Shown piece after piece: positions 31,051 through 41,422 of a stretch of 64,000 bases of DNA (positions are counted from its first letter, which is position 1; each line of letters opens with the position of its first letter). This DNA comes from Phycisphaeraceae bacterium (lineage in GTDB: Bacteria; Planctomycetota; Phycisphaerae; Phycisphaerales; Phycisphaeraceae). The notes under the pieces are model-generated. The model saw only the letters and a program-made list of their open reading frames with translations. It searched no databases and was not told where the DNA came from. The DNA is taken from the NCBI GenBank assembly GCA_963674705.1, contig OY771506.1, positions 5,216,001 through 5,280,000 of the forward strand. Direction: 5' to 3'. Made by a program: the position numbers and the translations under genes.

Positions 31051-31069
31051 TGACACTGAACATGGCGCA

Positions 31070-31651
31070 CTATTCAGCTCGATCAAGTCCCACTCTGCCG
31101 ATGACACTTGTACCTTCACCCTCTGGCGATGCTTTCAGATTGACTGCAGACACCGCATCTTCGATCTTCGGGATCCTGCCGCGGTTCCAGAAACTGCGAT
31201 CACTTCTTGGATCATTGATTAGTTGGACCAGCTTGGCGGGATCACCAGCCATCACGATCAAGACCTTGGCTCTTTCATGAATCATTTGCAGATATTCCAC
31301 CATGCCCGGCTTCGGTAGGTCTATGCGATCAAGAAAAAGTGGCCGTGGATTGGAAACGAGTGAAGCATTGATCTTGTCAATAACGTCGCTTCGGGTTCTG
31401 GCTATTGGTGCACCTACCGCAGTAGCAATGGCCTTGAGGAACTGCATATCTCTCTTCCACGAATCACACTCCAAGTAAATACCGCCACGGTTTACGGCCT
31501 GTTCCTGTAGCAACTCGCTTCGCATCGCATCATCGGTAAGTGTGAGACAACCATTCGCCGAAACTTCACGCCAAGCTTGATGGCTTCGGTAACGTGTCCG
31601 GCCGGCGTCGGGAACTTCATTGGGTCCAGGAATAGTGGTTCCATGCTTCAC
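31070..31651 (-). CDS. Degenerate AAA-family (MuB-like) ATPase-fold protein
   Basis: FLKAIATAVG..PRPLFLDRID..EYLQMIHERAKVLIVMAG resembles the MuB-type core; no Walker A, Walker B Glu replaced. Confidence 0.45.
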   Translation of the reverse strand: MKHGTTIPGPNEVPDAGRTRYRSHQAWREVSANGCLTLTDDAMRSELLQEQAVNRGGIYLECDSWKRDMQFLKAIATAVGAPIARTRSDVIDKINASLVSNPRPLFLDRIDLPKPGMVEYLQMIHERAKVLIVMAGDPAKLVQLINDPRSDRSFWNRGRIPKIEDAVSAVNLKASPEGEGTSVIGRVGLDRAE

Positions 31652-31952
31652 CTGCTTTTGTTGGATTCGGCCCGAGCATCGATAGATCTGCAGGTGATTG
31701 ACCGATCGATGCCCAGGCCCCAGGCGGTAGCGAGCCGCTGGCCCAACGTGTTGATTATAACCCGGTTTACCTAAATCGGTTAGTACTGAGGCACATCATA
31801 CGATGTTGTTACACATTGTGTCAGCAATATTACAGGATTAAGTGTGGATTCAACGACTGGTGCTTAGTGCTACTATGCGATAATGAGTTCGGAACATGAT
31901 AGTTCTACGAGCTTTGAAATGTGCACAAGTGTGTCTTTGCTATGAAAAATGA

Positions 31953-32600
31953 CTAGATGTCATTGATTGAGACTATTTGTTCGAGGTTGATAGACATCTT
32001 ACGACCACTTGGTTCAGCTTCACCATTCACATAGTAACCATCGTCCTGAAGATGCAATTCCTGCGGGACAAAGTTAAATGAAGTGGTATTCTCGATGGGC
32101 GCTTCGGTAAGATTTATTCTGCATAGACCATTGTCATTGATCATACGCATCATAGTCAGAAAGTGTTTTTTAGTGTTTGATGTCATCTGCGGTATGCGAT
32201 CAGAATCAACGGTGATAACATCTACAATCTCTTTACAAGCATCGCGTACTGTAGGTGTCACCTGATTCAGTAACTTGTTTATGGCATCAACACCACGATC
32301 AAAAAGCGGATGCCCCGTGCACTTGAGAGCATATTTATGGACCATCAGCAATCCGAGTATCTCGCTTGTGCTTAAATCCGTTGTCGGAATTGTCATGTTA
32401 GTGTCCATACGATATTCGCCCCGATTTGAGCATATTGGTTTGAGACCAATATCTGACAAGCATTTCATGTCCCGGAACAGAGTTCTGCGGCTGATTTGCA
32501 GCTGATGGATTAGATCCTGGATGGTGAGGCCATTGCTGTTTTGTATCAGCATTGCTAACCGCAACAGGCGAGTGATCCGGGATGCGCGAGTGGAATCCAT
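31953..32600 (-). CDS. HTH + shortened WYL-like transcriptional regulator
   Basis: RITRLLRL..TIQDLIHQLQISRRTLFRDMKCLSDIG, LSTSEILGL, C-terminal SH3-like segment; 215 aa. Confidence 0.7.
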   Translation of the reverse strand: MDSTRASRITRLLRLAMLIQNSNGLTIQDLIHQLQISRRTLFRDMKCLSDIGLKPICSNRGEYRMDTNMTIPTTDLSTSEILGLLMVHKYALKCTGHPLFDRGVDAINKLLNQVTPTVRDACKEIVDVITVDSDRIPQMTSNTKKHFLTMMRMINDNGLCRINLTEAPIENTTSFNFVPQELHLQDDGYYVNGEAEPSGRKMSINLEQIVSINDI

Positions 32601-32708
32601 AATCTAACTTTTGGTATGACGAAAGACATGAACTAAATGAAAATGGGGGGCACCTGAGGCTGGGCGAAGGGGGATAAGCCCATCTGATCCTGCAGGGCCC
32701 CCCGGTGG

Positions 32709-33071
32709 CTATGTTGTGGATACGATTGCTTGTCCCGAGCTGCAGTCCTTTGAACTTCCATTCCAAAGGCAGTACGTCCCGGTCGGATCATCAGAAGGTT
32801 CTCCGAGCCGGAAGTTAGTAATGCCTTGGCAACCGGATGGTGTAGAACCGTAATTAATGATTTGTAGTGCCCAAGATTGGTCCCCCCCTTCACTGATTGA
32901 GTACAGATTAACTAATGTAAAGTCACCACTGCTTCCGCTATAAACTGAATCGCTGACTTTGCTTAATGTCTGTTGTCCCTGACACGGAGAAATAACAGAT
33001 AAGAGCAGCGTGTCCGGAAGCGCTCCCAATCCCTCTCGATTACGCAAAATGGTACTCTCTAAGACATCCAT
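32709..33071 (-). CDS. Hypothetical Cys/Ser-rich protein
   Basis: 120-aa ORF co-oriented with the WYL-like gene; no recognised family. Confidence 0.4.
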   Translation of the reverse strand: MDVLESTILRNREGLGALPDTLLLSVISPCQGQQTLSKVSDSVYSGSSGDFTLVNLYSISEGGDQSWALQIINYGSTPSGCQGITNFRLGEPSDDPTGTYCLWNGSSKDCSSGQAIVSTT

Positions 33072-33287
33072 AGGTACTAACCCTTAAAAATATTAATATG
33101 TTGATGTGAAGCCAGTTATAACCATTTATAACCATCTGCCCCTTTACACAGGGCAGATATTTCGCTAGTATCCCCCTTCGCGAAATAGCCGTGTCCATAA
33201 GTGAATACGCATGCATTTACGGCATCTTGCGCAGGTAGGGAGAAATGGGCTTGTGTTTCTTCTTTTCTCTTATCTGCGAGGTGGAAC

Positions 33288-33950
33288 ATGTCGTGTCGGA
33301 TTGCTCATATCCCACTGATCCTGCTACTTCTAGTGATTACTCTTCAATCTACGCAAGGTGCGATTATCACCGAGTTGTCCGCGATGCGCGGGCCTGTTCA
33401 GGATGGTGTTGCACTACCCCTGGCAATACCGACAACTTATGTCGGTAATGACGAGGTTGAGTTCAATGTGAACTTTTCTCAACCGTTTGTGGTTTTGGGA
33501 ATTACAGCAAGCATTCCCAAAGTGCAGTTTCTGTTCTATGTTGATGTTTCCGAAGCCGGTGGTACGACAGAGTATTTTTTCAACTTTGCATATCAGAACC
33601 ACACAGGTATTACATGGACCGATCTGTATTACACTATTTCTGCAGAATCATTAACAGGTACTCCAATAGTCGTACCGGGTTTAGACTTTGACTGGCCGGA
33701 CAAAACGGCGCTTGGGATGTCATCCCTCAATTTTGCCTATGTGGACCATCAAGAGACAATACTGCATTGGTATGGAGGTCAAGTAGTCGATCCGACAATT
33801 GATACGACGCTTGTACCTGTCGATGTACCGGATTTCTCTGAAGATTACTACATGGTCATCACGCTTGAAGTACCCGAACCATCAGCATTCACTGCCTTAA
33901 TGGTCATGGCGGGGGCTTGTGTGTACAGAAGGCAGATCCGGCTGAGCTAA
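33288..33950 (+). CDS. PEP-CTERM secreted protein
   Basis: Signal peptide; [25 protein letters not shown] tail; GAGG RBS before ATG 33288. Confidence 0.75.
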   Translation: MSCRIAHIPLILLLLVITLQSTQGAIITELSAMRGPVQDGVALPLAIPTTYVGNDEVEFNVNFSQPFVVLGITASIPKVQFLFYVDVSEAGGTTEYFFNFAYQNHTGITWTDLYYTISAESLTGTPIVVPGLDFDWPDKTALGMSSLNFAYVDHQETILHWYGGQVVDPTIDTTLVPVDVPDFSEDYYMVITLEVPEPSAFTALMVMAGACVYRRQIRLS

Positions 33951-34666
33951 TGGTTGGCAAACCACGAGTAGTCTTGATCAGCATCAGATATGTTGTCCGA
34001 GAGTTCACTTAGGGTAAGTCGTACAACAGAACTGTCGGCGTAGACAATATTCGCGGCTTCCCGGCCATTGTGGTGCATGCCCACACCCCACGTGACACTC
34101 CTTGCATAGGATGTGATTGGCATATACTGGAAGGTCATAGCTGTTCTACCAAAATAGAACAGCTCGGGGTCTGCAAACCATGGATAGTCTGAGGGTTTCT
34201 GTATCTCGTATCGGCTTTTACCTTCATTTAACACGGTCGCGGTTGAGTTCCATATCGAGTTGATTGAATACCCCCAGGTAATGCCCGCAAATAGAACGGT
34301 GTCGTTCTGGTCAATTATCGATGGGCAGGCATTGAACGTAGGAGGTTCTTCCTCCGAAAGTACCGGTGCATCCCCATAAACATTATTCATCAAATGAATC
34401 CATGTAGGATTGTTGATGGGGTCTGATGAGGCGTGCCGCGTAAGTGGGATACGGTCTTTATTGTTGTCCAGTGCGATTTCCCAGAAGGTCTGTATTTGGC
34501 GCAGGTTTGACATACACAGCGTGGCACGTGCTGACTTCCTGGCCGCGCCCAGAGCAGGCAGAAGCAAGCTAAATAGAATCGCAATGATCGCTATCACCAC
34601 AAGTAATTCGATTAGCGTAAAACCGCCCACGATCGAATCGGATTGCCGTCTGTTAACACCCCTCAT
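33947..34666 (-). CDS. Prepilin-type N-terminal cleavage/methylation protein (planctomycete DUF1559-like)
   Basis: [42 protein letters not shown]-terminal [17 protein letters not shown] (H-X9-DG-like). Confidence 0.85.
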   Translation of the reverse strand: MRGVNRRQSDSIVGGFTLIELLVVIAIIAILFSLLLPALGAARKSARATLCMSNLRQIQTFWEIALDNNKDRIPLTRHASSDPINNPTWIHLMNNVYGDAPVLSEEEPPTFNACPSIIDQNDTVLFAGITWGYSINSIWNSTATVLNEGKSRYEIQKPSDYPWFADPELFYFGRTAMTFQYMPITSYARSVTWGVGMHHNGREAANIVYADSSVVRLTLSELSDNISDADQDYSWFANH

Positions 34667-37596
34667 CGTGTACTCCAGCGGTAATAGCGATTCAATCCCA
34701 AGCCTATGACTTCCTCTCCGCTTTCAGTGAACTGTATTGTGGTAACAAGTCCTTCGATTTTGTCCTCAATGACATCCAGGACAAAGCCATGCTCCACTGA
34801 CCACACAGCAATTCGCTCGCCGGCTGTTATAAGGCGCTTCCCGTCAGGGGATAGTGCGAGTGATAGTATTGCACCAAGATCGCCCGCGCCCTCCATCCGC
34901 TTTTGCTCACCTGACACAACATCGATAACCGTCACTTCGTATTTACTGTCAACCGTTGCCACAATCGGAGATCGTCCGGCAACTGCCAGATAAATAATCG
35001 GATTACTGCCAAGCAGGTTGTTATACACCTGCCGTTTTAATTGAATATCTCTGACCTCAAGATAGTACTTCCCATCGGCATGCCTGATCATCACGATTTG
35101 TGGGTTGCTGGTACGAAGCCATTTTGCCGGCCCACGTCGATCAAACCAATGTACCGGATCGCCCCCGGCCTTTGGCCAGACAAGCACCTCTTGAGTGTTT
35201 GAGGCAACTATGAATGTACTGTGAGGCGAATAATCCAGCCAGAGTGCGGGCTGTAATGCCATCCGAATGGACTCAGAAGATAGTCTGTCTGCAAGAATAC
35301 TTACAAGCGAGTCGTTGTCAGCTACAGCAATTTGATGTGTGCGGTTATCCACCGCAATCGCCGATGTCATGCTGGGAAATTCGAATTGATCTAGCAACTT
35401 GCCATCTGATCTTTCACACCCAGAATCGAGCACATAAATATCGTTGCCTTCATTTGCACACGCAATATGCATGCCGTCGCTACTGACCGCAGATACCAGT
35501 GCGTGGCCGGATGGCCACATGTTCATTTCATGGATACCCCAATTTGTTTCCCACTTTTTCAGGATTCCGTTCGTGTCGAGGGAGTAGAGCCTCTCGCCGC
35601 TAAGATCAAACTTCGTCTTTACTATTGGATCAGCATGCCCGTATACAGGGCGATATGAGTTATTGCGCAGATCGACAAGGTAAATCGTACCGCTACTTGT
35701 GCCAGCAGAAAGCATCCCGGCATTATTGCTTGATGAGAGTGACCCCGCTTCCACAGGAAGTTCCACAATGATGGTTCTGTCTGTAGGTGACGACAAATCA
35801 TAATCCATCACATATCCCCCGGTATAACCAACGAAAAGGTGGCCGCCAAGAGATGTCAATGACAATGGCGATTCCCTCTCGAACTCCGAATTGAACTCTG
35901 TAACTGACAGCTTGTGAAGATCAAGCACATTAAAAGAAGTGTCATACCAGATAAGTCTGTTTGCTTCGTGGTCGAAAGTGACTGGCCCCCAAACCGACAT
36001 GGCTTGCTGTGAATAGATAACAGAATTAACCGCCATGTCGTATATAAACATTTCATCCGAATTCTTCAGCAGGATATAGCGACCGTTGTCACTCACGCGT
36101 AATAACAGAGCACCAGTTTCTGCCAAAATACTCGGGGGGGTATTAAGTGACGTTTCACGGTTCACAAATACATAGCGCCCTGAGCCATCAATTCCTATGA
36201 TGTAGTTTGCGCTGGGGCTGATGAATACGGGAGACAAAGTATGTTCTAACGGCGTGTTAAGTACTGAATCGGTCTTGTCCGAAGTAACCTTGCCAACCCG
36301 GCCTGAGGTCAGGATATAAAAGACATCTCCCGTTGGACCAATATTGAAGTCACGGATCCGACTCGGACTAAACTTCCAGGTATTAACTGATTGATCGGTC
36401 AGTTGTGACAAATACTTCCATTCCCATTGCCTGTGCTGTGGTTCAGTTTCTTCCAGCAGGTGCCTGGCTAGCTGTAACTCATCAGATGTAATTCTTTCGT
36501 GGGCGGAACGCATTGTATCCCTGTATGACTCAGCGCCGCTGCGCGATAATCGGGCTTGATTTACGACCTCTCTCTGATAAAACGCATATGAAAATACAGC
36601 CACCAGAAGAGTAATGGTCGCCACCACAGTCGCGCATTGGCGTAGCAGTATTCGATTTCGTTTAGCCCACAATAGTGTACGGCGCGTGTAGGTGTATGAG
36701 CGTGCTGAAATGGGTCGAAGGTCTAGCCAGAGACGCAACTCCCGGGCTAAGGCGCCCCCATCAGAGTACCGAGCCGATGTAATATTTGAAGTAGCCTTCT
36801 CGATGATCTTAAGCAGATCCAAATATTGATACGTGTCGCAATCTCGATCTGCTCCCGTGATCAGCATCTGGAGCAATCTGCCTAAAGCATAAACGTCTGC
36901 GCGAGAGCCAATGCTGACATTGGTCCCAAACTGCTCTGGCGCTGCGTATCCACTTGTCCCCCCGATATATGCTTGGCATGAATTTAATTCACGAGAGCCT
37001 TCTATTGCACGGGCTAAGCCAAAATCGACGATGTGAGGTAGACCATCTTCGCTAATCAATACATTAGTCGGTTTTATGTCAAGATGAACGACACTGTTGT
37101 CGTGAGCGTAGCCGATAGCATCGCTAACTCGTGCCACAAGATCTACGACCTGGGTTAACTTAAGGTGCTTTGCATGGACAAAGGTGTCAATTGGACATCC
37201 TTCGATCAACTCCATGACGTAAAAATACTCAAGACGATCAAGCCCACTATCGAACACACGAACTATAGCCGGATGCCTGAGCTTTGCTGCTAATAGCACT
37301 TCTATATGGAACAGCGATGCCGCACTTGGTTTATTTAGTAATTCATGCTTGAGAGACTTTAAGGCGACGATTTGTCCAGTCCCTAATTGCTTAGCTTTCC
37401 ATACTGTCCCCATGCCCCCTTGGCCGATCTTGCTGAGAATGCTGTAACCCTCTTTGGCGGCGGGCTGTTGAATGGAGATGTATTCCGGCCCGACATCATC
37501 CAACGCTGACTCATCTGTGACAGCAAGAGCCATTCCCAGCAACTCACGTGCTGCCATATCAGATACGAGTTCAGATGGATCGTTGTATCTACTCAT
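34663..37596 (-). CDS. Ser/Thr protein kinase with TM segment and WD40-like propellers
   Basis: [59 protein letters not shown] repeats. Confidence 0.9.
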   Translation of the reverse strand: MSRYNDPSELVSDMAARELLGMALAVTDESALDDVGPEYISIQQPAAKEGYSILSKIGQGGMGTVWKAKQLGTGQIVALKSLKHELLNKPSAASLFHIEVLLAAKLRHPAIVRVFDSGLDRLEYFYVMELIEGCPIDTFVHAKHLKLTQVVDLVARVSDAIGYAHDNSVVHLDIKPTNVLISEDGLPHIVDFGLARAIEGSRELNSCQAYIGGTSGYAAPEQFGTNVSIGSRADVYALGRLLQMLITGADRDCDTYQYLDLLKIIEKATSNITSARYSDGGALARELRLWLDLRPISARSYTYTRRTLLWAKRNRILLRQCATVVATITLLVAVFSYAFYQREVVNQARLSRSGAESYRDTMRSAHERITSDELQLARHLLEETEPQHRQWEWKYLSQLTDQSVNTWKFSPSRIRDFNIGPTGDVFYILTSGRVGKVTSDKTDSVLNTPLEHTLSPVFISPSANYIIGIDGSGRYVFVNRETSLNTPPSILAETGALLLRVSDNGRYILLKNSDEMFIYDMAVNSVIYSQQAMSVWGPVTFDHEANRLIWYDTSFNVLDLHKLSVTEFNSEFERESPLSLTSLGGHLFVGYTGGYVMDYDLSSPTDRTIIVELPVEAGSLSSSNNAGMLSAGTSSGTIYLVDLRNNSYRPVYGHADPIVKTKFDLSGERLYSLDTNGILKKWETNWGIHEMNMWPSGHALVSAVSSDGMHIACANEGNDIYVLDSGCERSDGKLLDQFEFPSMTSAIAVDNRTHQIAVADNDSLVSILADRLSSESIRMALQPALWLDYSPHSTFIVASNTQEVLVWPKAGGDPVHWFDRRGPAKWLRTSNPQIVMIRHADGKYYLEVRDIQLKRQVYNNLLGSNPIIYLAVAGRSPIVATVDSKYEVTVIDVVSGEQKRMEGAGDLGAILSLALSPDGKRLITAGERIAVWSVEHGFVLDVIEDKIEGLVTTIQFTESGEEVIGLGLNRYYRWSTR

Positions 37597-37644
37597 ATCG
37601 AATATCTAAGAACGCTATGGCTGGATAACAAAGCAAATAATCCA

Positions 37645-38370
37645 TTAACCGGTTGTAGGCCCTGAAAGTGCGATGAATAAGTCTTTGATTTCGTCCTCAA
37701 CTTCTCGTCCAGTAAAAACATACTCACTCAACACGTCTCGTACTACGCGGCCGAACATTCTCTTGCTGGTTACAAGCAAGTTGCTGACCTGTGAATTGGA
37801 TGATGAGCCAAACTCACGCACGATCTGACTGATCGGGACTGGTTTCTCATTGTTGAAGATTGGTTTCAGAAGCCTTGCATCAAACACTTCCCACAGATCA
37901 GGCCGATCCACTTGTATGCATTCAAGTTCCATTTGCTTGATAGCTAAAGACACTACCTGCTTCCCCCAGTCGCGATCAAAATCTCGGTCTGGGGTGTTTG
38001 TGTTTTCCGTAGCATCTTCTGCGATCGTACTCAGTGAAGCTATTGACTCTGGAGATCGATGAGAAGCATTACTACGTCTGATTCGGTCTCTTGCATAATT
38101 ACTTAAAACTGTTCTGATTAAGTTACGGAACCGACCCTGTGACTTATCGGCACGTTCAAGAAGATTGGAATCAAGTATTCGATCAGCCAAAAAATCATTC
38201 AGCAGATCATCTGCATCACTAGTTGCAGCAAGTCGATGCCGGACAATGTGACGCTTTAGTGCAGGACTATAGCGCGTGATGATCAGTTCAAGCGCGGCTC
38301 GTTTTTTGAGAGGATCGCCGGTTTCGACAGCCTCAAAGAGAGACCAGCGTGTTGTTGGAAACGGATCCAT
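37645..38370 (-). CDS. ECF sigma factor of the planctomycete kinase-associated type
   Basis: FPTTRWSL, DADDLLNDFL, GRFRNLIRTVLSNY, FDRDW; directly upstream of the kinase. Confidence 0.8.
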   Translation of the reverse strand: MDPFPTTRWSLFEAVETGDPLKKRAALELIITRYSPALKRHIVRHRLAATSDADDLLNDFLADRILDSNLLERADKSQGRFRNLIRTVLSNYARDRIRRSNASHRSPESIASLSTIAEDATENTNTPDRDFDRDWGKQVVSLAIKQMELECIQVDRPDLWEVFDARLLKPIFNNEKPVPISQIVREFGSSSNSQVSNLLVTSKRMFGRVVRDVLSEYVFTGREVEDEIKDLFIALSGPTTG

Positions 38371-38508
38371 TAATCTCCCAGCTGATGAAAATGTCTAAAC
38401 CTGCCAGAGCCAGAACAGCTTATTTTTGGCATTGGATAGCAATATCTATCACAAGCACTATAAAGACATTAGGGATTATTGCATAAGGGTTAACCCGGAG
38501 TCAAGAAG

Positions 38509-38545
38509 AAAAAACGCCCCGACCAGCACAAGGCCAGTCGGAGCG
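38509..38545 (-). terminator. Rho-independent terminator after the 38712-39455 gene
   Basis: Minus strand CGCTCCGACTGGC-CTTGT-GCTGGTCGGGGCG-TTTTTT. Confidence 0.6.
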
Positions 38546-38711
38546 CTTCCGGGGGCAAGATATTTCGAACACAGTCTAGGCAAGTTCGAGGTTAAGTCAA
38601 TTATTCTCTGAGTGATTATGAAGAAATATAGATAGTGTCATCAGCAACTTGTGTAAAAAACTATTGGCACATCACTCAAGCAATGGGTACAAGATCATCA
38701 CCTACTTACAC

Positions 38712-39455
38712 TTATGTCGAATCATTTAGCATCATCGCGGCATCGATCATCAGGCCGGCGATCGTGTCGGCGGGAGCAAATCGGAAGGCATAGAACGCCG
38801 GCGAGAAGTCGCAGCCCGCAAGGAAACGGCCGGAGTTTGCCTCTTGTGCGCGTGTCGTGCTTTGATCCATCATGCGACGTGCTGCCGGCGGCAGGGTTAC
38901 GTGGACTTTCTCACAGTCGACACCCATGAACCAACCGGCCGGGCCGACATAGCTCATCACTTCATTAGTCTTCGCCTCGGTCATCGCACGCTGTGTCTCA
39001 TAGTCGAGGCCACACCAGAACAAGATCGCCGCCAAGCGTGCGGTGTTGTGGTCGTAGCCTTCGGCTGCTTCTTCGAATAGCTCGAGCGCCACACGGTGCA
39101 CTTCATACCATTGCTCCACCCAGTCATCAGGCCCGGGCTTCGGTGTCGGTGGCACGGCCCACGGCGATGTGTCGGGCTTTGGCGCCTGCTGATCCACCGG
39201 CAATGACTTGGGCACGTGCACCCGCACATCGTCATAGGCTCGATTCACAGCCTGCCTGAACCGGTCACGGTCAATCTCAGTGTCGATGTAGACGATGCGG
39301 TCCTGATGATCGATGGTGTAGTCGATCGGCTCGCCCATTGATTCGAGGTTCTTTGTCGGCTTGAGGGTGTACCCGTGGAGGGTGATGTCGATCGCCAGGT
39401 CTTCGGGGTCCCAATCCAGCGATGCGATGGGGATGTATTTGGGGTTGGGTTTCAT
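38712..39455 (-). CDS. Hypothetical protein
   Basis: 247-aa ORF with GC3-rich codons and GGAG RBS. Confidence 0.6.
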   Translation of the reverse strand: MKPNPKYIPIASLDWDPEDLAIDITLHGYTLKPTKNLESMGEPIDYTIDHQDRIVYIDTEIDRDRFRQAVNRAYDDVRVHVPKSLPVDQQAPKPDTSPWAVPPTPKPGPDDWVEQWYEVHRVALELFEEAAEGYDHNTARLAAILFWCGLDYETQRAMTEAKTNEVMSYVGPAGWFMGVDCEKVHVTLPPAARRMMDQSTTRAQEANSGRFLAGCDFSPAFYAFRFAPADTIAGLMIDAAMMLNDST

Positions 39456-39545
39456 CCGTGTGCTCCGTTTCCAGTTCGGGTGTGGCGTGTGTTTAAAGAC
39501 CCCCGAGCCCCGGGGGAAGCTCCGGAGCCGGGGGCAATCAAAGAT

Positions 39546-40091
39546 TCAGTGGGTCAGGCGGTAGGTTTGTCCGTTCATCCTGATGGACACGATGCTGTCG
39601 ATGGCGATGGTGCGTTCGATCACTTCCCGGTCGATGCCCTGCCGACTGCCGGCCTTAGCGGGCATGAAGGGGTCGAGTTCTGCCGGGTCGATCAACTCGG
39701 CGGTGTCGATCGTCTCGAAACGCCGCCACAAGCAACGCTCAACCTTGACGCTCAAGTACGTCTTGCCCTTGTGCTCAACGATGGGCGTGCCGGGGATGCG
39801 TTCGCCCCACTGGCGGCTGCATGCCTGGAAGTCGCCGGCCTTCTCTTCACGGCCACGCTGGCGGTTCACCGCGGCTTCGTAGTCGTAGTTCAGCACGCCG
39901 TTCAGGGCCTGCACCTTGACGACGTTGCCGGCGTAGGGGTTGCCGGTCTTGCGGAGCCGGGGGTCGGTCCTGGTGGTGATGGTGACGATCCGCGTGCCGG
40001 TATTCACGGCCAGTTCTGCGAGAAGTTCATCGGCGGTCAGGGCCGGGGTTTCGGTCGCGGGCATCGTGATTGGGCTGGTCAGGGTTGTCAT
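39546..40091 (-). CDS. Phage-type hypothetical protein
   Basis: 181 aa; RKTGNPY..NYDYEAAVNRQR..WGERI pattern recalled from phage hypotheticals; first gene after the leftward promoter. Confidence 0.6.
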   Translation of the reverse strand: MTTLTSPITMPATETPALTADELLAELAVNTGTRIVTITTRTDPRLRKTGNPYAGNVVKVQALNGVLNYDYEAAVNRQRGREEKAGDFQACSRQWGERIPGTPIVEHKGKTYLSVKVERCLWRRFETIDTAELIDPAELDPFMPAKAGSRQGIDREVIERTIAIDSIVSIRMNGQTYRLTH

Positions 40092-40135
40092 TTTCAGGCC
40101 TCTCGTATCAAGAGGTGATTCTTAACTCTACATAG

Positions 40136-40164
40136 AGTGTATCGGATACGATACACAATGTCAA
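40136..40164 (-). promoter_or_regulatory. Leftward sigma70 promoter overlapped by a palindromic operator
   Basis: TTGACA-17 bp-TACACT; operator GTGTATCG-GATA-CGATACAC at 40137-40156. Confidence 0.7.
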
Positions 40165-40211
40165 GGGTAAATATGTATGATTTTCGTATAATTTAACTAT
40201 TAATACGGCCG

Positions 40212-40240
40212 TTGCCGTATCGTATGCGATGCGGTACACT
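40212..40240 (+). promoter_or_regulatory. Rightward sigma70 promoter overlapped by a second operator
   Basis: TTGCCG-17 bp-TACACT; operator CCGTATCG-TATG-CGATGCGG at 40215-40234. Confidence 0.65.
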
Positions 40241-40271
40241 TATTGTGTGTATGGGGCCTGGAGAATCTCAG

Positions 40272-40499
40272 GTGAGTAGCGACATCCGACAGGCAATCCG
40301 CGACCGAATCGAAGCCAGGGGTTTCAACATCAGTGAGTTGGCCGATCGTGCCGGCTTTTCCCGCGTCACACTCAGCCGTTATCTGTCCGGCCAACAAGAC
40401 CTCACCACGGCCAAGCTGCAACCCTTGATTGATGTGCTGGGCCTTGAGCTACGCGCATCACGCGGCAGGCCATCTAAAAAATCAGGATCTGGAGGTTAA
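40272..40499 (+). CDS. XRE/Cro-like HTH regulator
   Basis: FNISELADRAGFSRVTLSRYLSGQQDLTTAKLQPLIDVLGLEL; GTG start after GGAG. Confidence 0.8.
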   Translation: MSSDIRQAIRDRIEARGFNISELADRAGFSRVTLSRYLSGQQDLTTAKLQPLIDVLGLELRASRGRPSKKSGSGG

Positions 40500-40501
40500 T
40501 T

Positions 40502-40720
40502 TTGCCAAGAGAATCAGATGAACCTGATCCTAAACCGTGGGCCTTGTTTGATGGATATCGCATTGGCCACGATGTCACAAAGCGCAGATTGGATGGCCAG
40601 GTTGATCGTCGTGCCAACAACACATACATCATTGTCGCCCAAGTCCTGCTGAAGGGTTCAGATGGCCAGCAGATGGCCAAAGAAATGGTTGATAAACTGA
40701 ATCGCGCCGATGGATTTTAG
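40502..40720 (+). CDS. Small hypothetical protein
   Basis: 72-aa ORF 2 bp after the XRE stop, GGAGG RBS. Confidence 0.5.
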   Translation: MPRESDEPDPKPWALFDGYRIGHDVTKRRLDGQVDRRANNTYIIVAQVLLKGSDGQQMAKEMVDKLNRADGF

Positions 40721-40859
40721 CTGTTAATCAACGAATGCTGCAGTTTGCATGAAGTACGCTTACTAAAGACGGTCGAGGAACGGACACCAGGACGCCCGCC
40801 AAAAGAGGAAGCATGAGCCTCGCCCCTCCAGCCAAGGCTTGCATGACCGACAGGATGAC

Positions 40860-41075
40860 ATGATGAGTGAGAGCAAGACTGTAGATCCGGCAAAGCGCAA
40901 ATACCTCAGGCCCGAAGAGGTCGCGGATTACTATCGCATCAGTGTCAAGACATTGAAACGTCGTCAGGGAAAAGACTTACCCCGTGGGCTAAAGGTGGGT
41001 GGTCAGTGGCGTTGGTGGGGACCGGCCATCCTTGAGTTTGACCGCCAGTTGCGGGAGAAAGCGGAACAGCGGTAA
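40860..41075 (+). CDS. Xis/AlpA-like HTH protein
   Basis: YLRPEEVADYYRISVKTLKR..LPRGLKVGGQWRW. Confidence 0.75.
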   Translation: MMSESKTVDPAKRKYLRPEEVADYYRISVKTLKRRQGKDLPRGLKVGGQWRWWGPAILEFDRQLREKAEQR

Positions 41076-41422
41076 CACCTCCACGGCCCCACATTAGCCG
41101 CCTAACGGCTCAGGCTCGCCGGCGGTTCATGGCCGGGATTGCTTGGGACGCGAGATTCTGGCAAGTAATCCATCCGATCACAGGCAATACAGGGAGGTGG
41201 GCCACCGACTTCTTGGCAGAGCCCGCCCCATTCACTTTTCCTTGCCCTTACCCCGCCCCATCGGTATCCTCAAGACTCACTTCTCCGGCTGATGTCTTCC
41301 CGGGGATCGCAGTAAACACTTGATTCGTATGGGGGCGATGTGTTGCGCCATGACGCACGAACACAATTCGGGTTCATTCATAGCTTTCTGACGAGGTCAC
41401 ATTCAACTTGATGAGGTGACGG

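Noticed and set aside
39375..40118. 247-aa plus-strand ORF
   Set aside because: Antisense shadow of the 39546-40091 gene, which has the promoter and better codon pattern
41076..41422. Possible ncRNA or small ORF upstream of the DUF4041 nuclease
   Set aside because: Only short weak hairpins and a 64-aa ORF with no features; cannot be supported by eye
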